Shown here: positions 48,918 to 61,191 of the stretch, in pieces
Position numbering within the stretch: the first letter of the stretch is position 1
How the letters are laid out: each line of letters opens with the position of its first letter
Source of the DNA: Lytechinus pictus
Taxonomy: Eukaryota
DNA length: 64,000 nt
Reading direction: 5' to 3'
Assembly: GCF_037042905.1 (NCBI RefSeq)
Contig: NC_087251.1
Location: 22,384,001 to 22,448,000 of the forward strand
Program-made: the position numbers and the translations under genes
The notes under the pieces: model-generated
Seen by the model: only the letters and a program-made list of their open reading frames with translations
Databases searched by the model: none
What the model was told of the DNA's origin: nothing

Positions 48918-49974
48918 AAATCGTTCCTAGGATCCTGAGCCCTGGCCATCGTACGATGACCAAGGGTGTCCGGACGGCACCAAGTCCTAAATGGCCAAAA
49001 CACATCGCAACATCGTAAAACTAAGGACGGGAATGTCACTGAGGTATAAGGCATGAGATAAGATTTATTTGTTTGGTCGGCGATTTGTTTTTCCTGATTG
49101 TATTCCGCATATGCTCAACCTCCTAATTTACCCTGTTCATATATATTCGTTTGCAGATTAGAACCACATTATTTCAATATATGCATACGAGGTAGTAAAA
49201 CGAGCGATGAAATATAAGCGATTCTGTTGCAAAAAAAAAAGAGAGAAGAAATCACGTTGTCCATTGGCGAACTAGAGGTGAAAATGTTGTCTGTCGTGCG
49301 GGACGTAATTGGGACCTTTCGCAAACCTCACGGACGCTAATATTAGGGTCCCCTAACACAAAAGTTAACGCTTAATCAAACACTTGATTTTTAAGATTGA
49401 TTGTACATTATAGTTAATAGAATCAAACGTAGAAAACTGCTCTACAATCAATGCTAAGCTTTGTGTTACAGGGGGGTTACAGGCCCTACAGATCTGCTTT
49501 TCGTGTGCAAAATTCTTTCCCGCGACACCCGCACCATACATGCATGTATGTACATTACGACTGGTGGCTGGAGATATTCGAAATGCAGGACCTACAATAG
49601 ATTATAACATGGATAAGAAAGTGGTTTTTCAAACAAATCGAGTACATATTGAGTGAGGAAAAAGTAACTGAATTAAGGCTTAGATATAGATCATTACAGT
49701 CCATCGAATCGATATTGCATTTAATGTGGATTATTGGTGGATCTCTGGCAATTGATTCCATGGGTCAAATCACCTCTCCAGCAGAAACCCTTTTGCATGC
49801 GTTGATTGTGTATATACACAGCATGTATACGTCTGAACAAGGAGTTACATTGGTCTGAGCACGTACCAGCCGAAATTTCTTTTGTTTACTCCTACACAAA
49901 CGATATGCCTCTAGCACACAATGTAATGGGCATTATGTTTTACTTTCCCCAGAAATGGGGATTAGATTCGAATT

Positions 49975-50273
49975 CCCGGGGGGACCACTTCCATTGATGA
50001 GTGGATACCAGGGACGACCATGCGGTTTCGAAAAGCACCCTAAACAAGGGAAGCAAGGCTTTTCCAGATTATGAAAATCCATCTCTTAACAAGTATTTAG
50101 CTTGTGAAACCCTACAAGTATTGAAAACATATCCTCTTTTCAGTATTTAAACATCGTTTTTGACACCCTTATAACGTTACATAGGCCTATACGTAACGTA
50201 CTTGCACACTCTTTCCTTTTTTACGCGTGGTCGCGCCTGGTATCCACTCTTCAATGGAAGTGGGCCCCCCGGG
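49975..50273. mobile_element. MITE with CCCGGGGGG TIRs (~38 bp)
   Basis: cccggggggaccacttccattgatgagtggataccagg / cctggtatccactcttcaatggaagtgggccccccggg; no clear TSD. Confidence 0.7.
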
Positions 50274-51369
50274 CGGCCTCTCGAGCTCTGGGAGGAACCA
50301 AAAGTGGCTTTGGAAAGTCGTCCTAAATCGGATATATCGCTGTTACCATAGTAGCAACCAGAATTTTGCACACGAAACGCAGATTGAATGTTTCCGTTCC
50401 AGATGCGAAACGAAAAAAAATCTCGTGTCACACAATTTGCATTGCAGGACAGAGTTTTACGACCATGACGACGGGCCCAAAAGTCTCTTCCAAAATCAAC
50501 TACCGTCGCAAATAAGCGTTCACGTTCTCCAACGAAAGGTCGGGATTATCCTGGACGACGCGCAATATTATGGCATTTTAGCAGTCAATTCACAGACGCT
50601 TTCTAAAACGCAGATAATTTTTTGTCAAAAGCCCTACATAACAAAGCAGCCTTTGTCGAAAATCAGTGAATCAAAACAGCAGTGTCGTCCTTGACTCTGG
50701 ACAATGACGTATTTGCATTTTTTGTAAGGTTCGAACCTTAAGACGATGTACTGTCCCGGTCCACCAACTTTCGACAATGACCTCTAACCTGTCCATTGTG
50801 ATTTGAAGGGCATTTTCATTAGATTCTGAATGTTGCAGAAAGCGTCTGTGAAGTAGATGCTAAGATCTGCTATTTTCAACTGTAGTTTTCCCATGGACAA
50901 AATATTTTTGTTGGTTGTAATTTTTCGCAAGACTGTCCAGTAATAGGCCTACTTTATTTTATCACAAAATAAATTGCATTTCCTCCTCTCTTTGGAGAGC
51001 AGGTTGATAAATGTTGTGAAAATGACCCGTTTTTCTAGCACGGAATCGCCCCATATTGTGCACTTTATATTTTAATAATTATTGTTTTAATCTTTAGTAT
51101 TATTTAGAGTGTTTGATACATGGGGTTAATTAACATTTAATTTGCAGGAAACAGTGATGGCCGTCAGTGAGTCTTTTGTGGGGCTGTGACAATTAAGGTT
51201 ACCAATCGCTCGTAGTGTCGTGCGTAAATTACGAAACACTTTTTTTAAAAGCTTCCAGAAAATTCATGAGGAATAATCCTCACTCTTTAAAGTTGATTAC
51301 TTTTGATACAAGCTATGACACAACTGACATAAAAACGAAATACAAATTGTAATGCAGTTTAAACAGAAC

Positions 51370-51375
51370 TTTATT
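51370..51375 (-). terminator. Candidate polyadenylation signal of gene B
   Basis: Minus-strand AATAAA about 430 nt after the stop. Confidence 0.4.
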
Positions 51376-51801
51376 ACGTTATAATTATGTTGTTATATTT
51401 GTTATCGTACGTATTCCATGTATATACGAAATTATTTCGCTACAATAACGGTACCTTTTCCTTTTTTAAAATCTAATTTTTCAATTTTTAAATCACTTGG
51501 AATTAATGATTTAAAGCGCAAATTGCGACACGTGTGTGTATAGTGTGTACAGTATAAATGGGTGCGTACTTTATCAATCATTTCGCATTTGCCATGAGCA
51601 CCTCCTTGCAGTGTGTGTGGTGTGGGGGAGGGGTGGGGGGTTGAAATAAGGCTAGGTGGTAAATATCTCTTGTAAACACCGTTAACGATATTTAAGACGA
51701 TATCAGTATTCGCCTCTTAAGTCACCATTGGTTTTATCGTTCCTTTAGTCTCTCTTTCAGTTAGTTTTAGATGTGGAAGTAAGAAATAGAAAACACCATC
51801 T

Positions 51802-51845
51802 TCACTTAGGCAGGGGCATTTTAAGCAGTAACGCCTCACAGAATT
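51802..51845 (-). CDS. Gene B exon 6, coding part (EFCEALLLKMPLPK*)
   Basis: ttttctaacag acceptor; 44 nt to TGA, same length as in gene A. Confidence 0.88.
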
Positions 51846-53390
51846 CTGTTAGAAAATAAGAAGAATGAATAGAAAATAAAACATTACATTTCATTTTTTT
51901 AAAACAAATTGTCAGCGCCAATCACTGACGCGCCTGCAATAAAGAATATTTTATTATAATTATTAATCTGGAATTGTATACCGAAATTTGTCCGTTCATG
52001 CAAGCCTCTTTCCCTCTTTGAAAGAAGATGAAAACAAGGAATGTTAAAGGCATGCTGGGAAAGTGATGATAATTAGAACAGAGCAATGCAGTAAAAAAAA
52101 AGGTAACTAGGCTACCCATTTTAACATTTTGTAAATGCAATCCGATGTTAGTAAGAATGATAACACTCATTTATTGAATTTTCTGTGAAAATCAGATTGA
52201 TCTGTTTCTTCTTCTCTCGTCCTGTTCTGTCTTACTTGTGTTACAGGCGTATCCCGTCACAGACTTTTGCTTTCAGGGAATTACGCCTCCTTCTCTTAAC
52301 AAACGTGTAAACAATAGGTTATATATTTTTACCTTTTTATGAGAAATGATTTTGTGTAATTTATATTGAAGAATGATACTTTTTGAAAATGACAAAAATA
52401 TGTTAATTTGAATTTCACCTTTCAAAAGGTCACAGTCACCGGTGCTATTTTCAAATTAAGATGAAAGTTAGCAACACGGAGACGTTGATATTATCACACC
52501 ATTACAAAAGTAACAATCTAGCTTACTTGTAGCTACGCTGTTTTATAATTTTATTTATTTATATGTTTATTCTATCCCGTAAAAAAACACAGTATGATGA
52601 AAAGGTCCAATGACAAAAACTTAACATGATTACAATCATTTCAACATAATCGTAGATGAATAACAATAATAACAACCAAACATTATATGAAATATCGAAC
52701 ATAGATATGTAAATACATACAACAGGACAACCATAGTTAACGAAAACCAGTATAATAATTGCCAAGGAGTAAAATTTTGATTACAAGGCTATCAAATGAT
52801 TAGAGTATTGTGGGGTTTTCTTTATCAAACGTGAAATATTCGGAAGAATATGGAATAGGTAAAGGCAATTTCAAAAGTTAAAGAATCGACCAACGTTAGA
52901 AAGGCTGACTGGTTGAGAGCAAAACATATTAAGTCCTTTAAAAAGTAATTATGGTGAATAAAGTAAATTCAATTTTACAATTTATCATAGATTCAAATAC
53001 TACCCATCCCCGATGGCACATCGATTAAACCAAGACTTCCGTTTATACATTACCTTCGTAGTTAATAAGGCCGTCGCCATCCTTGTCAGATTCTTCAATC
53101 AGTTTATCGACTAGCCCATCCTCTACTTTCGGATTAATAACTAGGAGCCCTTTCAGGAGTTCGGTGCGACTATAAAAAAATAAGAAAATTAAATTTCGTT
53201 GAACAGTAGTTCAGAGGTTCGACTCTTGTCTACCAATAAAGATGAATACGGGTTCGAATCCATCTCCTTGCTCTTACGTTCCTGTAATAAGAAATTTATA
53301 TGCTTCACCCTACCTAGGTAAACTACATGAATAACAGGTAAAGTGGTCTATTTAGTCGAGTCGGAAATGGGGGCTCTTCTTGCACCACTA

Positions 53391-53470
<80 letters not shown>

Positions 53471-56400
53471 TTTCAACAACTCTTTTGAATTGTCTGAAGT
53501 ATATGAATCTTGATGTTCCCATTGCCAAATCGTGCCCCATTGGTTCAAAATTTGCAATTTTGGCGGCATCTTGGATTTTCATGAAAATCAATTATTTTCA
53601 TATTTTTTGCACAGACAATGTGAAAATCTTAAATGAATACGCATTTTACTATGATTTTAGATAGTAAAAATCGATTGCAATCGCTTTCTGGACAATCCGA
53701 ATAATGTTTTTTTTTTAATATGAGAATTTATGCCAAACATTGATATCTATCTGTTTTATCATTAACATCAACAGCCTATGCAAATTATCAGCATTCGACA
53801 CGGAAGAGGATATGCTTCATGAGAGTATTAAGGTCTTAATTTGCTTAGAAAAAAAAGGGCAAATACATTATGTATTACTCGATACTGCGATAAAATGACA
53901 CAAAAAATCAACCTCCTTATCAAGCCGCCCTTTCACACGGTAAAAAAAAATCGTAATTTGAATGATGATTCCAGTGAAAAATAAGGCTAATGACGAGTAT
54001 TTCCCACGTGTGAAACCAAACTAGACCATGATTAGAATCACGAACGCTAATCACAGTCACGATTACAATAGCAATCATCATTACAATGATGATTTAGTAA
54101 ATGTTGTAAGTAGCTATAAAATTGTACATGCTCTCACCATATTTTTCCCTTGCCATCCTTGTCAAGAGATTTGAAATAATCTTTAATTTGATTTTTGGTG
54201 TATGATTTCGTCTTCTTCTCCCCCCTCGCCAACAATAGGTACTCTTCAAATTGAACACGTCCGTCATCTGTTATGATTAATAAAAAAAAAGACCTCGAGT
54301 CTAATCACCCCAATAATGTATTGAGATTAATGATCCAATTTCTTGTTATTTGTTACTAAAATTAACTGAATGAAGAAATATGATATCCATGCTTTAGTTT
54401 TCTGAATGGGAAGGAATGAACCACAAGCGAATAGATACTGCTTTGAAGTTTTATATCTCTATCACTGCAGGGATGTGCAATATTGCACGTCGACATACAT
54501 TGCGTCGACTTACCATAGAGTATGATAATCATAGAGCATCACCAGGTTCATGTTTACACAACCCACGTTATTTTGTCTGAATTGATACTACTTATACTCT
54601 AAAAAAAAATGGGTAAAAGTGCTCCACGAGGGTTATTATGTGTCCAACCAACATTGGGCATTTCTTTTGGGCATTTTTATTTATCCAGTGTGATGAAAAT
54701 TTTGTCCATTCTAAAGTAATTGCTGCTTATTCTTTAACCTTACTGGACAACATGCTTCCCGCATTGGGTAAAATATTGCCCCAAATTGGTTGGACACATA
54801 ATTACCCTCGTGTTGGTAAAAATGTTACCCAATATTTTTTTTAGAGTGTAGAGAGTGTTTGCACCACGACACAGATCGCTTTTAAGAAAATGTTTTGTCA
54901 AGTGCTCTTCAGGACCCGCTTCAGGACAATGAGCAACCAAGAAGTCTTTATCGAAAACTGGTGAACCAAAAACGGCAGTTTTGTCCTGGACTTTGACATA
55001 TCTATTTACAATTTTTCATCAGCTCCGAATGTAAATGGAATAAGAAAACGGATGGGAAAGATTAAATGGTAGCATATCTGCTAATTTACCAGGCTTATCA
55101 GATAGATCGATCAATGCGATCTTATTTCCTGAGTTTGAAAGCCATAATAATCTGCTTTTATATAGCGCTTAATACATCGGAACGACGTGTCTGAGCGCTT
55201 TACAGATATATTATTACCCCGGTCATTGGATTCAATCAGCCATTCCCGCGCACACAATGTGTGCACATCCTCCACTCCCTGGGGATTATTCCAGTCAGTC
55301 CGGTGAGGCGCACACAGTACTGGACAAGCTACAATGACTTTCACATCCTACCGGGTACCCATTAAGTACCTGGGTCGAGAGTGGCAAAGTGTGGATTAAC
55401 GCCTTGCCAAAAGACGCCAGACCGCTGTGGGATTCGAACACACGACCCTCTGTTTAAAAGGGGAGAGTCAGAACCAATACACCACGGCTCCTCAACATAA
55501 ATTGTATTTTCAATATAATGAAACTTTCCCAGCATGCCTTTAACATTCCTTGTTTTCATCTTCTTTCAAAGAGGGAAAGAGGCTAGCATGAACGGACAAA
55601 TTTCGGTATACAATTCCAGATTAATAATAATAATAAAATATTCTTTATTCGCTTCTTTAAAAGCACAATCTCATACAAACCTAAAAATATACACAGGATA
55701 CAGATAAAAACACGAGTACAAGAAGGTATAAAGAAGCAGTCCAGCGAAATCACAAATTATAGCAGATATCATAAAATACAAAAAAAATACTGCCCACTCA
55801 CCCCCCTCCCCCTATATGACAGACATGAGAATTCGAAGACGTTAATTGGTCCAACATAATAAAATCAAGGTACAATGTACGTGAGGGTACTTCCGTGAAG
55901 TTGGGGCACAAATTGCAACATCCCAGCACAACCCCAGACCAACCACACCACACATTCTCCCCTCGTAGGCCGTTCAGGTTAAATAACATGCCACAAACTT
56001 CCAGCAAAAATGCACGGTCCCCAAACAGATGCAAAACCCACAAACAATAAATGCACAGTGCAACTAGCCTTGAACTAGGCCAAAATGACACAACCTGCGC
56101 CCCAACTTCATGGAAAGACCCCTAAATAGAAATCACTGTGTGCATAGGAAATATTAGTTAATGGAAGCAAAAATGTATAGATTTTTGTACAAAGGGTTTT
56201 CCTACTATCCGTAAATGAAATTAACTACTCATACGTGTATTGTGACAATATACTTAATCATTATTTCAAAACATTTTACTAACCTTATTTTTTTAATTTT
56301 TGTAAGCTAATCTAACTAGTGTTACTACAGTTACCCCAAAACAGCAAAACTATATGTGATAATATCAAATAATTGTAAATAGAAAGCAAGGCAGATTTAT

Positions 56401-59400
56401 ACCTCGGTCACATTTGCTCTACGGCGAGTCGAAAACAGTTTTTTTTGTACCAGCTACAAATAGCTGGTTTGAAATAAAAATGAATAAAACGGCTGTTTTC
56501 GACTCGCCGTACGGCCGCCGTAGAGCAAATGTGACCGAGGTATTATAGGAAGGCAACTTCTTAACTTACACAATATTCCAGTACATTTCGACACTTATAT
56601 AGCTTACGTGTGAATCCAAATTCAAACATTCATCGACCTGAACCCCTAAAATCATATTATGCAATTACTTAACAGAAAATGATGAATATTCAGCAAGTTT
56701 ATGTAGACCTATACTTGAGGACTTGGCTAGTAGGCACGGGCCCTCGGTTCGTTGAAACACCCTTTGCCCACCATATTTATCATCACAATCGATATATTAT
56801 ATACCAAATCAAAAATGTTTATTTTTACTTACTGTTAATATCGACTTCAGCAATCATCGTTTTAATCTCATTTTTCGTGTAGAAATCTCCCATCACATCA
56901 TGCAACTCCTTAACAGATATGCTGCCATCACCGTTTGTGTCAATCTTGCTGAACTTCTTCCTGAAACCTAGTTAACAGACAAGAGTCCATCATGTTTGTT
57001 GGAACGAAAAGAAATGGAAAAAAGAAGGGGAAGGTGGTGCTAATGAATTAGAAATTGTTATATTATCAGCGGTATATTCATTCTAAAAAGTTTACCCAAT
57101 ATTGGGTAAAATGGGAACATGCATGTTGGTTGGGTAAAAATATGCGAGCGAGCGATAATTTTGTAATTTTTAGTACAAAATTTTGTGATAGATTTTTGTC
57201 TTTTCCTTCGTTCCTTTTTTTCTTCTTCCTTGGTTTTGGAACTTTTTTGGGGTCCATGGCCTCAAAGCCCCAGTCTGTACCCAGTTGGGGGGGGGGGTAG
57301 TCCTTAAGATCGACGTGTAAGTATAATGATAGCTTTATTTCTATAACAAGACTAGGTACTTCGTAAGGACTAGAGAAATAATGCAAGCGCAAAGCGCTAG
57401 CTAATTTTTTATAATGGATCTGCAATTAGCAATTTTGAGGAGTCTTTACCTTTTATACACTCTTCTAAATTTCCATTTTCATATCTTTCGCATGTTCTCC
57501 ATTTATTTTATATCATGAACCTGAATAAAGAAAACTATTAAAAAAATGAAGTGGTATTCAAAATGGTGGTAAAATAAAAGGGGCACATCACATGCGCTCG
57601 GGCGGGGTAATTTCAAAAAGATAATTGCATGTCTAAAAACATAATCATGAACATATAATTCTATTTCATTCTGGAATTTTATTTTTCTTTCTTCATCCTT
57701 CTTTGTAACAGTTTCCAAAAGGAATGGTTTCATTCAGTACCAATACACATAAAAACTTATGAGAAAAACAGTATTTATGATCGCCATGCGTCTATACGAC
57801 AACCATCAGTAGAAAATCAAAACTATTTTTAGTACTATTATTTTTTACCATTATGTATATAATCATAACTATAATAATAATAATGATAATAATTATTATT
57901 GGTATAATGGTATAATTATTTTGTCATGATCATAAATTATTGAGGGGGGTCCCAGCCATGGCGTTATTTCCTTCGGCAAGAAATTTATCCACATTGTGCT
58001 GCACTCGACCTAGGTGAGGTGAATGGGTACCCGGTAGCATTTATTCCTTGAACGCTTTAGCGCCTATTATAATATGGCAGCTTAGCTACAGCCGGGGTAA
58101 TAATATGATACCAATCAAAGCGCAGTTGAGTATATGCACATAGTAACTGCGCTATATAAATGGACATATTAGTATTATTATAACACAGGCTAAAACTCCA
58201 TCTGAAATATGGGATGGGGGATATATACAACCCCCCCCCCCCCCGATCGACACCCATGATGCCCATTGCGCTAATGCACTTTACCAAATATTTCAACCAA
58301 GTTCTATGAATCAATTTGTGACTATAATGGATCAGGCGTAAAGCTTGAGATATCACCGGGGGGGGGGTGTAATACCAAATGCCGTATGGCCATATCAATC
58401 TTTGGAAACATATGTGTAAATAATCTATGATATAAAGGGTATAAACAACCACGTTTTTTCTCAGAGTACGACTGCATGCACACATCTAAGGAATCGCAGA
58501 ACATTAATTGGAATCAAGACTTTGTCCGAGCTTGCACATCTGAAGATGAAAGTTAAAACACGGTCCTTCAGAATTAAAAAAAAAAGCTAGCCATTTCCAT
58601 TTCCGATTGTGCTCATTGTAGGCGTACAATATAAAATGGTTCCCATATAGACAAAATAAATCAATATTAATTCATTTCTTTACCTTCAATTTGTTCTTCT
58701 GTTAATTCAGATGCCTGTAAGGAGAGAGAAAATAGACAAAAGAATCAGGGGCGGTGCCACACGAGGGGCAGGGGGGGGGGACTGTCTTTATCTCTCTCTC
58801 TCTCTCTTCTAATTTAGCCGTTGAATGCTGTTTCCAAGATTACTTTCTGAACTGGTGCGCAAATATAAAGTTGGTACCGGATAATGGTCTGCAAAAATTA
58901 ACGACCCATACCCTTCTACCCTCGGTATTTCACTTGCATTATTTGCAGTATTTTCTGGGCATCTGATTTATAAATGGCAACCACTTTGTGATGTCTATAG
59001 AATATTATAACTTTACAATGTACAACTGAGCGAAGCTTGAAGTTAACGCCCCTAACCAAGCAATAAACGACTTTAATGACCAGGATTAAAGCCAGTAGTT
59101 TTTTTTAAAGAGAAAAGTAACAATTTGGCCCTTATGGTCAGTATTATGTTTAGGAGTTAATTTCAATTTAAAGAGCTCCTACAAGTGAACCCAAACCCCA
59201 AAATGTTGATCCTATTTACGCATAATGCTGAATCCAATCTTTGGAGGTAATTTTGGTCAAATTCCTACTTTTTGCCATACCGACCTGATTAACAGGGGAT
59301 GCTACATAATAACATACGCAGCACCCCCCCCCCCCCGACACAATTGATCATGGGGGTTTCATCAGCACCCCCACTTCCCAGGGCCTTGGTACTTCGAGAC

Positions 59401-61056
59401 TTCATTACGATATACTAAGCGTAACATAAAAGTTTATTAGTATTATTATTATTTTTATTATTATTATTACTACTACTACTACTACTACTTTTATTATTAT
59501 CATTATTATCATTATTATTATTATCATTATTATTACTATTGTTGTTGTTATCATTATAAGTACAAGTCTGACATTGAGACTATAATGGTAAGGCTTGTTG
59601 ACAGGTGGTCGGTTTTGACAAAAGTACATGCATCCCACTAGCTCTTTGTTAGCTCACTATCAAAGTTGGCTGATGATGTCACTACAGGAATGAGATCTGG
59701 AGATCGTTTTTACGGGGTGGAGCTTAGAAATTGAAAAAATCAAAAGTTATTTTTAAAAATCTATGAAAGATATTTTCATGCTTAAAAGCAACATTTACAT
59801 AATATGAGTCGTATTCAGTTCCACTGTGAATAAATTAGAATAATGGTGTTTTTTTTTTACAAGGGCTCTTAAAGTACAAGTGAAACAACAAAGCATGTAT
59901 AGGTCTTGCGTGCTCTTGAGGCCCGAATCAACATTACTCCGTCACGTAAAAGAACACAATACTAAAAGATCAACGATGTTATGTTTAAAACCATTTAACA
60001 AACTAATTGAATAACAAAATAAAATTGGTTTAGTACTTGTTTCAGATTATAATGGGTTTGAAAATGTTGCAAATTGTCGTAAATTTAGACCCACCTATAG
60101 GTGCAATGTACTTTAGAGCAAATGTGACCAAGGTATACCTCGGTCACATTTGCTCTACGGCGGCCGTAAGGCGAGTCGAAAACAGCCGTTTTATTCATTT
60201 TTATTCAAACCACCTATATACGGCTATATACAAAGAATGTTAAAACGGCTGTATTCGACTCGCAGTACGGCCGCCGTAGATCAAATGTGACCGAGGTATT
60301 AGTCTGCTTTGCAAACCCTTCACTCGAGTAAAGGGTCTGAATTGCAGCCTACTCATGCCTTGTGTACTGAAGGCCCTCTCCAGCAAGTTTTGTATGTGCT
60401 AGTCTTTGCGTGGAGACACACTTGTTGATCAAAGTTCAATCAGGGGCTGTGCCTGCAGACTAGTCACATCTACGGCGGCCGTACGGCTAGTCGAAAACAG
60501 CCGTTTTATTTATTTTCATTCAAAGTATATTACGTACCTGGTACCAAAAAAAGAGAGTTAAAATGGCTGTTTTCGACTCGCCGTACGGCTGCCGTAGAGC
60601 TAATGATTGTGACCTATAGGTATCATGAATCCTATCATCACATTCTTCCATGAAGAAAGGGTGTATTACAGATAAGCAGTCAAAATTGACGTCATTTCGG
60701 TGTTGAAGTGAAAGACAATCTAAACTATTCCCCCATTTATTAGAGAGAAAAAAAATCGATTAAGTTGAACTTCAAAGACAAATATGTATTAAATGAGTGA
60801 GCATGCAATTTAAAATGATAAGGTATGTATGCCGAGAGCTTCATATCAACTAAATAACCTCGAAAGCAACATTAAATTTGTAGGAAATGCTTCTTTGTAG
60901 GAAATGCTAAATGCATTAGTCTACAGATATTTTTAAATGTAAAATGCCCCGCAGAGACACACAAATAGACCACGTTCCTCGAATTAAAAAAATATATAAC
61001 TTTAATTAACGTCTTTCCTTGAGTAAACAGTTTTAATAACGACTTCAACTTACCAT
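51802..61056 (-). CDS. Gene B: four-EF-hand Spec/LpS1-like Ca2+-binding protein, 6 coding exons, 152 aa
   Basis: Exons 61056-61054, 58714-58684, 56967-56833, 54267-54138, 53169-53054, 51845-51802; GT-AG introns, phases 0,1,1,2,1; 459 nt. Protein MASELTEEQIEGFRKKFSKIDTNGDGSISVKELHDVMGDFYTKNEIKTMIAEVDINNDGRVQFEEYLLLARGEKKTKSYTKNQIKDYFKSLDKDGKGKICRTELLKGLLVINPKVEDGLVDKLIEESDKDGDGLINYEEFCEALLLKMPLPK*. Intron positions match gene A. Confidence 0.92.
53054..53169 (-). CDS. Gene B exon 5 (EF-hands 3-4)
   Basis: tttatag acceptor, gtaatg donor; 116 nt, same length as gene A exon 5; DKDGDGLINYE. Confidence 0.93.
53393..53462. repeat. (TA)n microsatellite
   Basis: About 35 TA units. Confidence 0.95.
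54138..54267 (-). CDS. Gene B exon 4 (EF-hands 2-3)
   Basis: taacag acceptor, gtgaga donor, 130 nt; DGRVQFEEY...DKDGKGKI. Confidence 0.92.
54595..54848. mobile_element. CACTCTAAAAAA-type MITE (CMC/EnSpm-like)
   Basis: tactctaaaaaaaaatgggtaa / ttacccaatattttttttagagtg plus inner inverted repeats. Confidence 0.6.
55144..55493 (-). mobile_element. tRNA-derived SINE (second family)
   Basis: Minus-strand TGGTGTATTGG A-box, GTTCGAATCC B-box, central acccaggt..aatgggtacc, tail aagcgctatataaaagcagattatta. Confidence 0.8.
56400..56542. mobile_element. Harbinger MITE (further copies at 60136-60298 and ~60463-60622)
   Basis: TTA|TACCTCGGTCACATTTGCTCTACGGC...GCCGTAGAGCAAATGTGACCGAGGTA|TTA. Confidence 0.85.
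56833..56967 (-). CDS. Gene B exon 3 (EF-hand 1)
   Basis: aactag acceptor, gtaagt donor, 135 nt; loop DTNGDGSISVKE. Confidence 0.93.
58684..58714 (-). CDS. Gene B exon 2 (ASELTEEQIE)
   Basis: ttttctctctccttacag acceptor, gtaaag donor; 31 nt like calmodulin exon 2 (ADQLTEEQIA). Confidence 0.92.
59433..59557. repeat. (TTA)n/(CTA)n/(TCA)n compound microsatellite in gene B intron 1
   Basis: Directly visible. Confidence 0.9.
61054..61056 (-). CDS. Gene B exon 1 (ATG only)
   Basis: Minus strand aaaATG|gtaagt; upstream motifs shared with gene A. Confidence 0.78.
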
Positions 61057-61120
61057 TTTCTGAAATTATAAATTGAAGACAATAGACAGATTCTTTCTGA
61101 GACTTTATGCCTATCTCTGG

Positions 61121-61191
61121 TTGACTTGTTTGTAAGGAATGTGGAAGGTGCGGTGCTGGCATATAGTTTATTGAAAGGAGAGTGGGTCAAT
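61121..61191 (-). promoter_or_regulatory. Putative core promoter of gene B
   Basis: Sense-strand ATTGAC...TTCAATAAA-N9-AGCACCGCACC...ACAAGTCAA, matching gene A. Confidence 0.5.

Larger units (their letters stand above)
51938..55649. repeat. ~127-bp inverted repeat pair (51938-52064 and 55523-55649) in gene B introns 5 and 3
   Basis: Near-identical reverse complements with only a few differences by eye. Confidence 0.9.

Noticed and set aside
27013..51845. Read-through fusion of gene B and gene A into one eight-EF-hand protein
   Set aside because: Gene B has its own stop and AATAAA and gene A its own promoter and ATG exon; the weak GT at the gene B stop is phase 2, incompatible with gene A exon 2 (phase 0) or exon 3 (phase 1).
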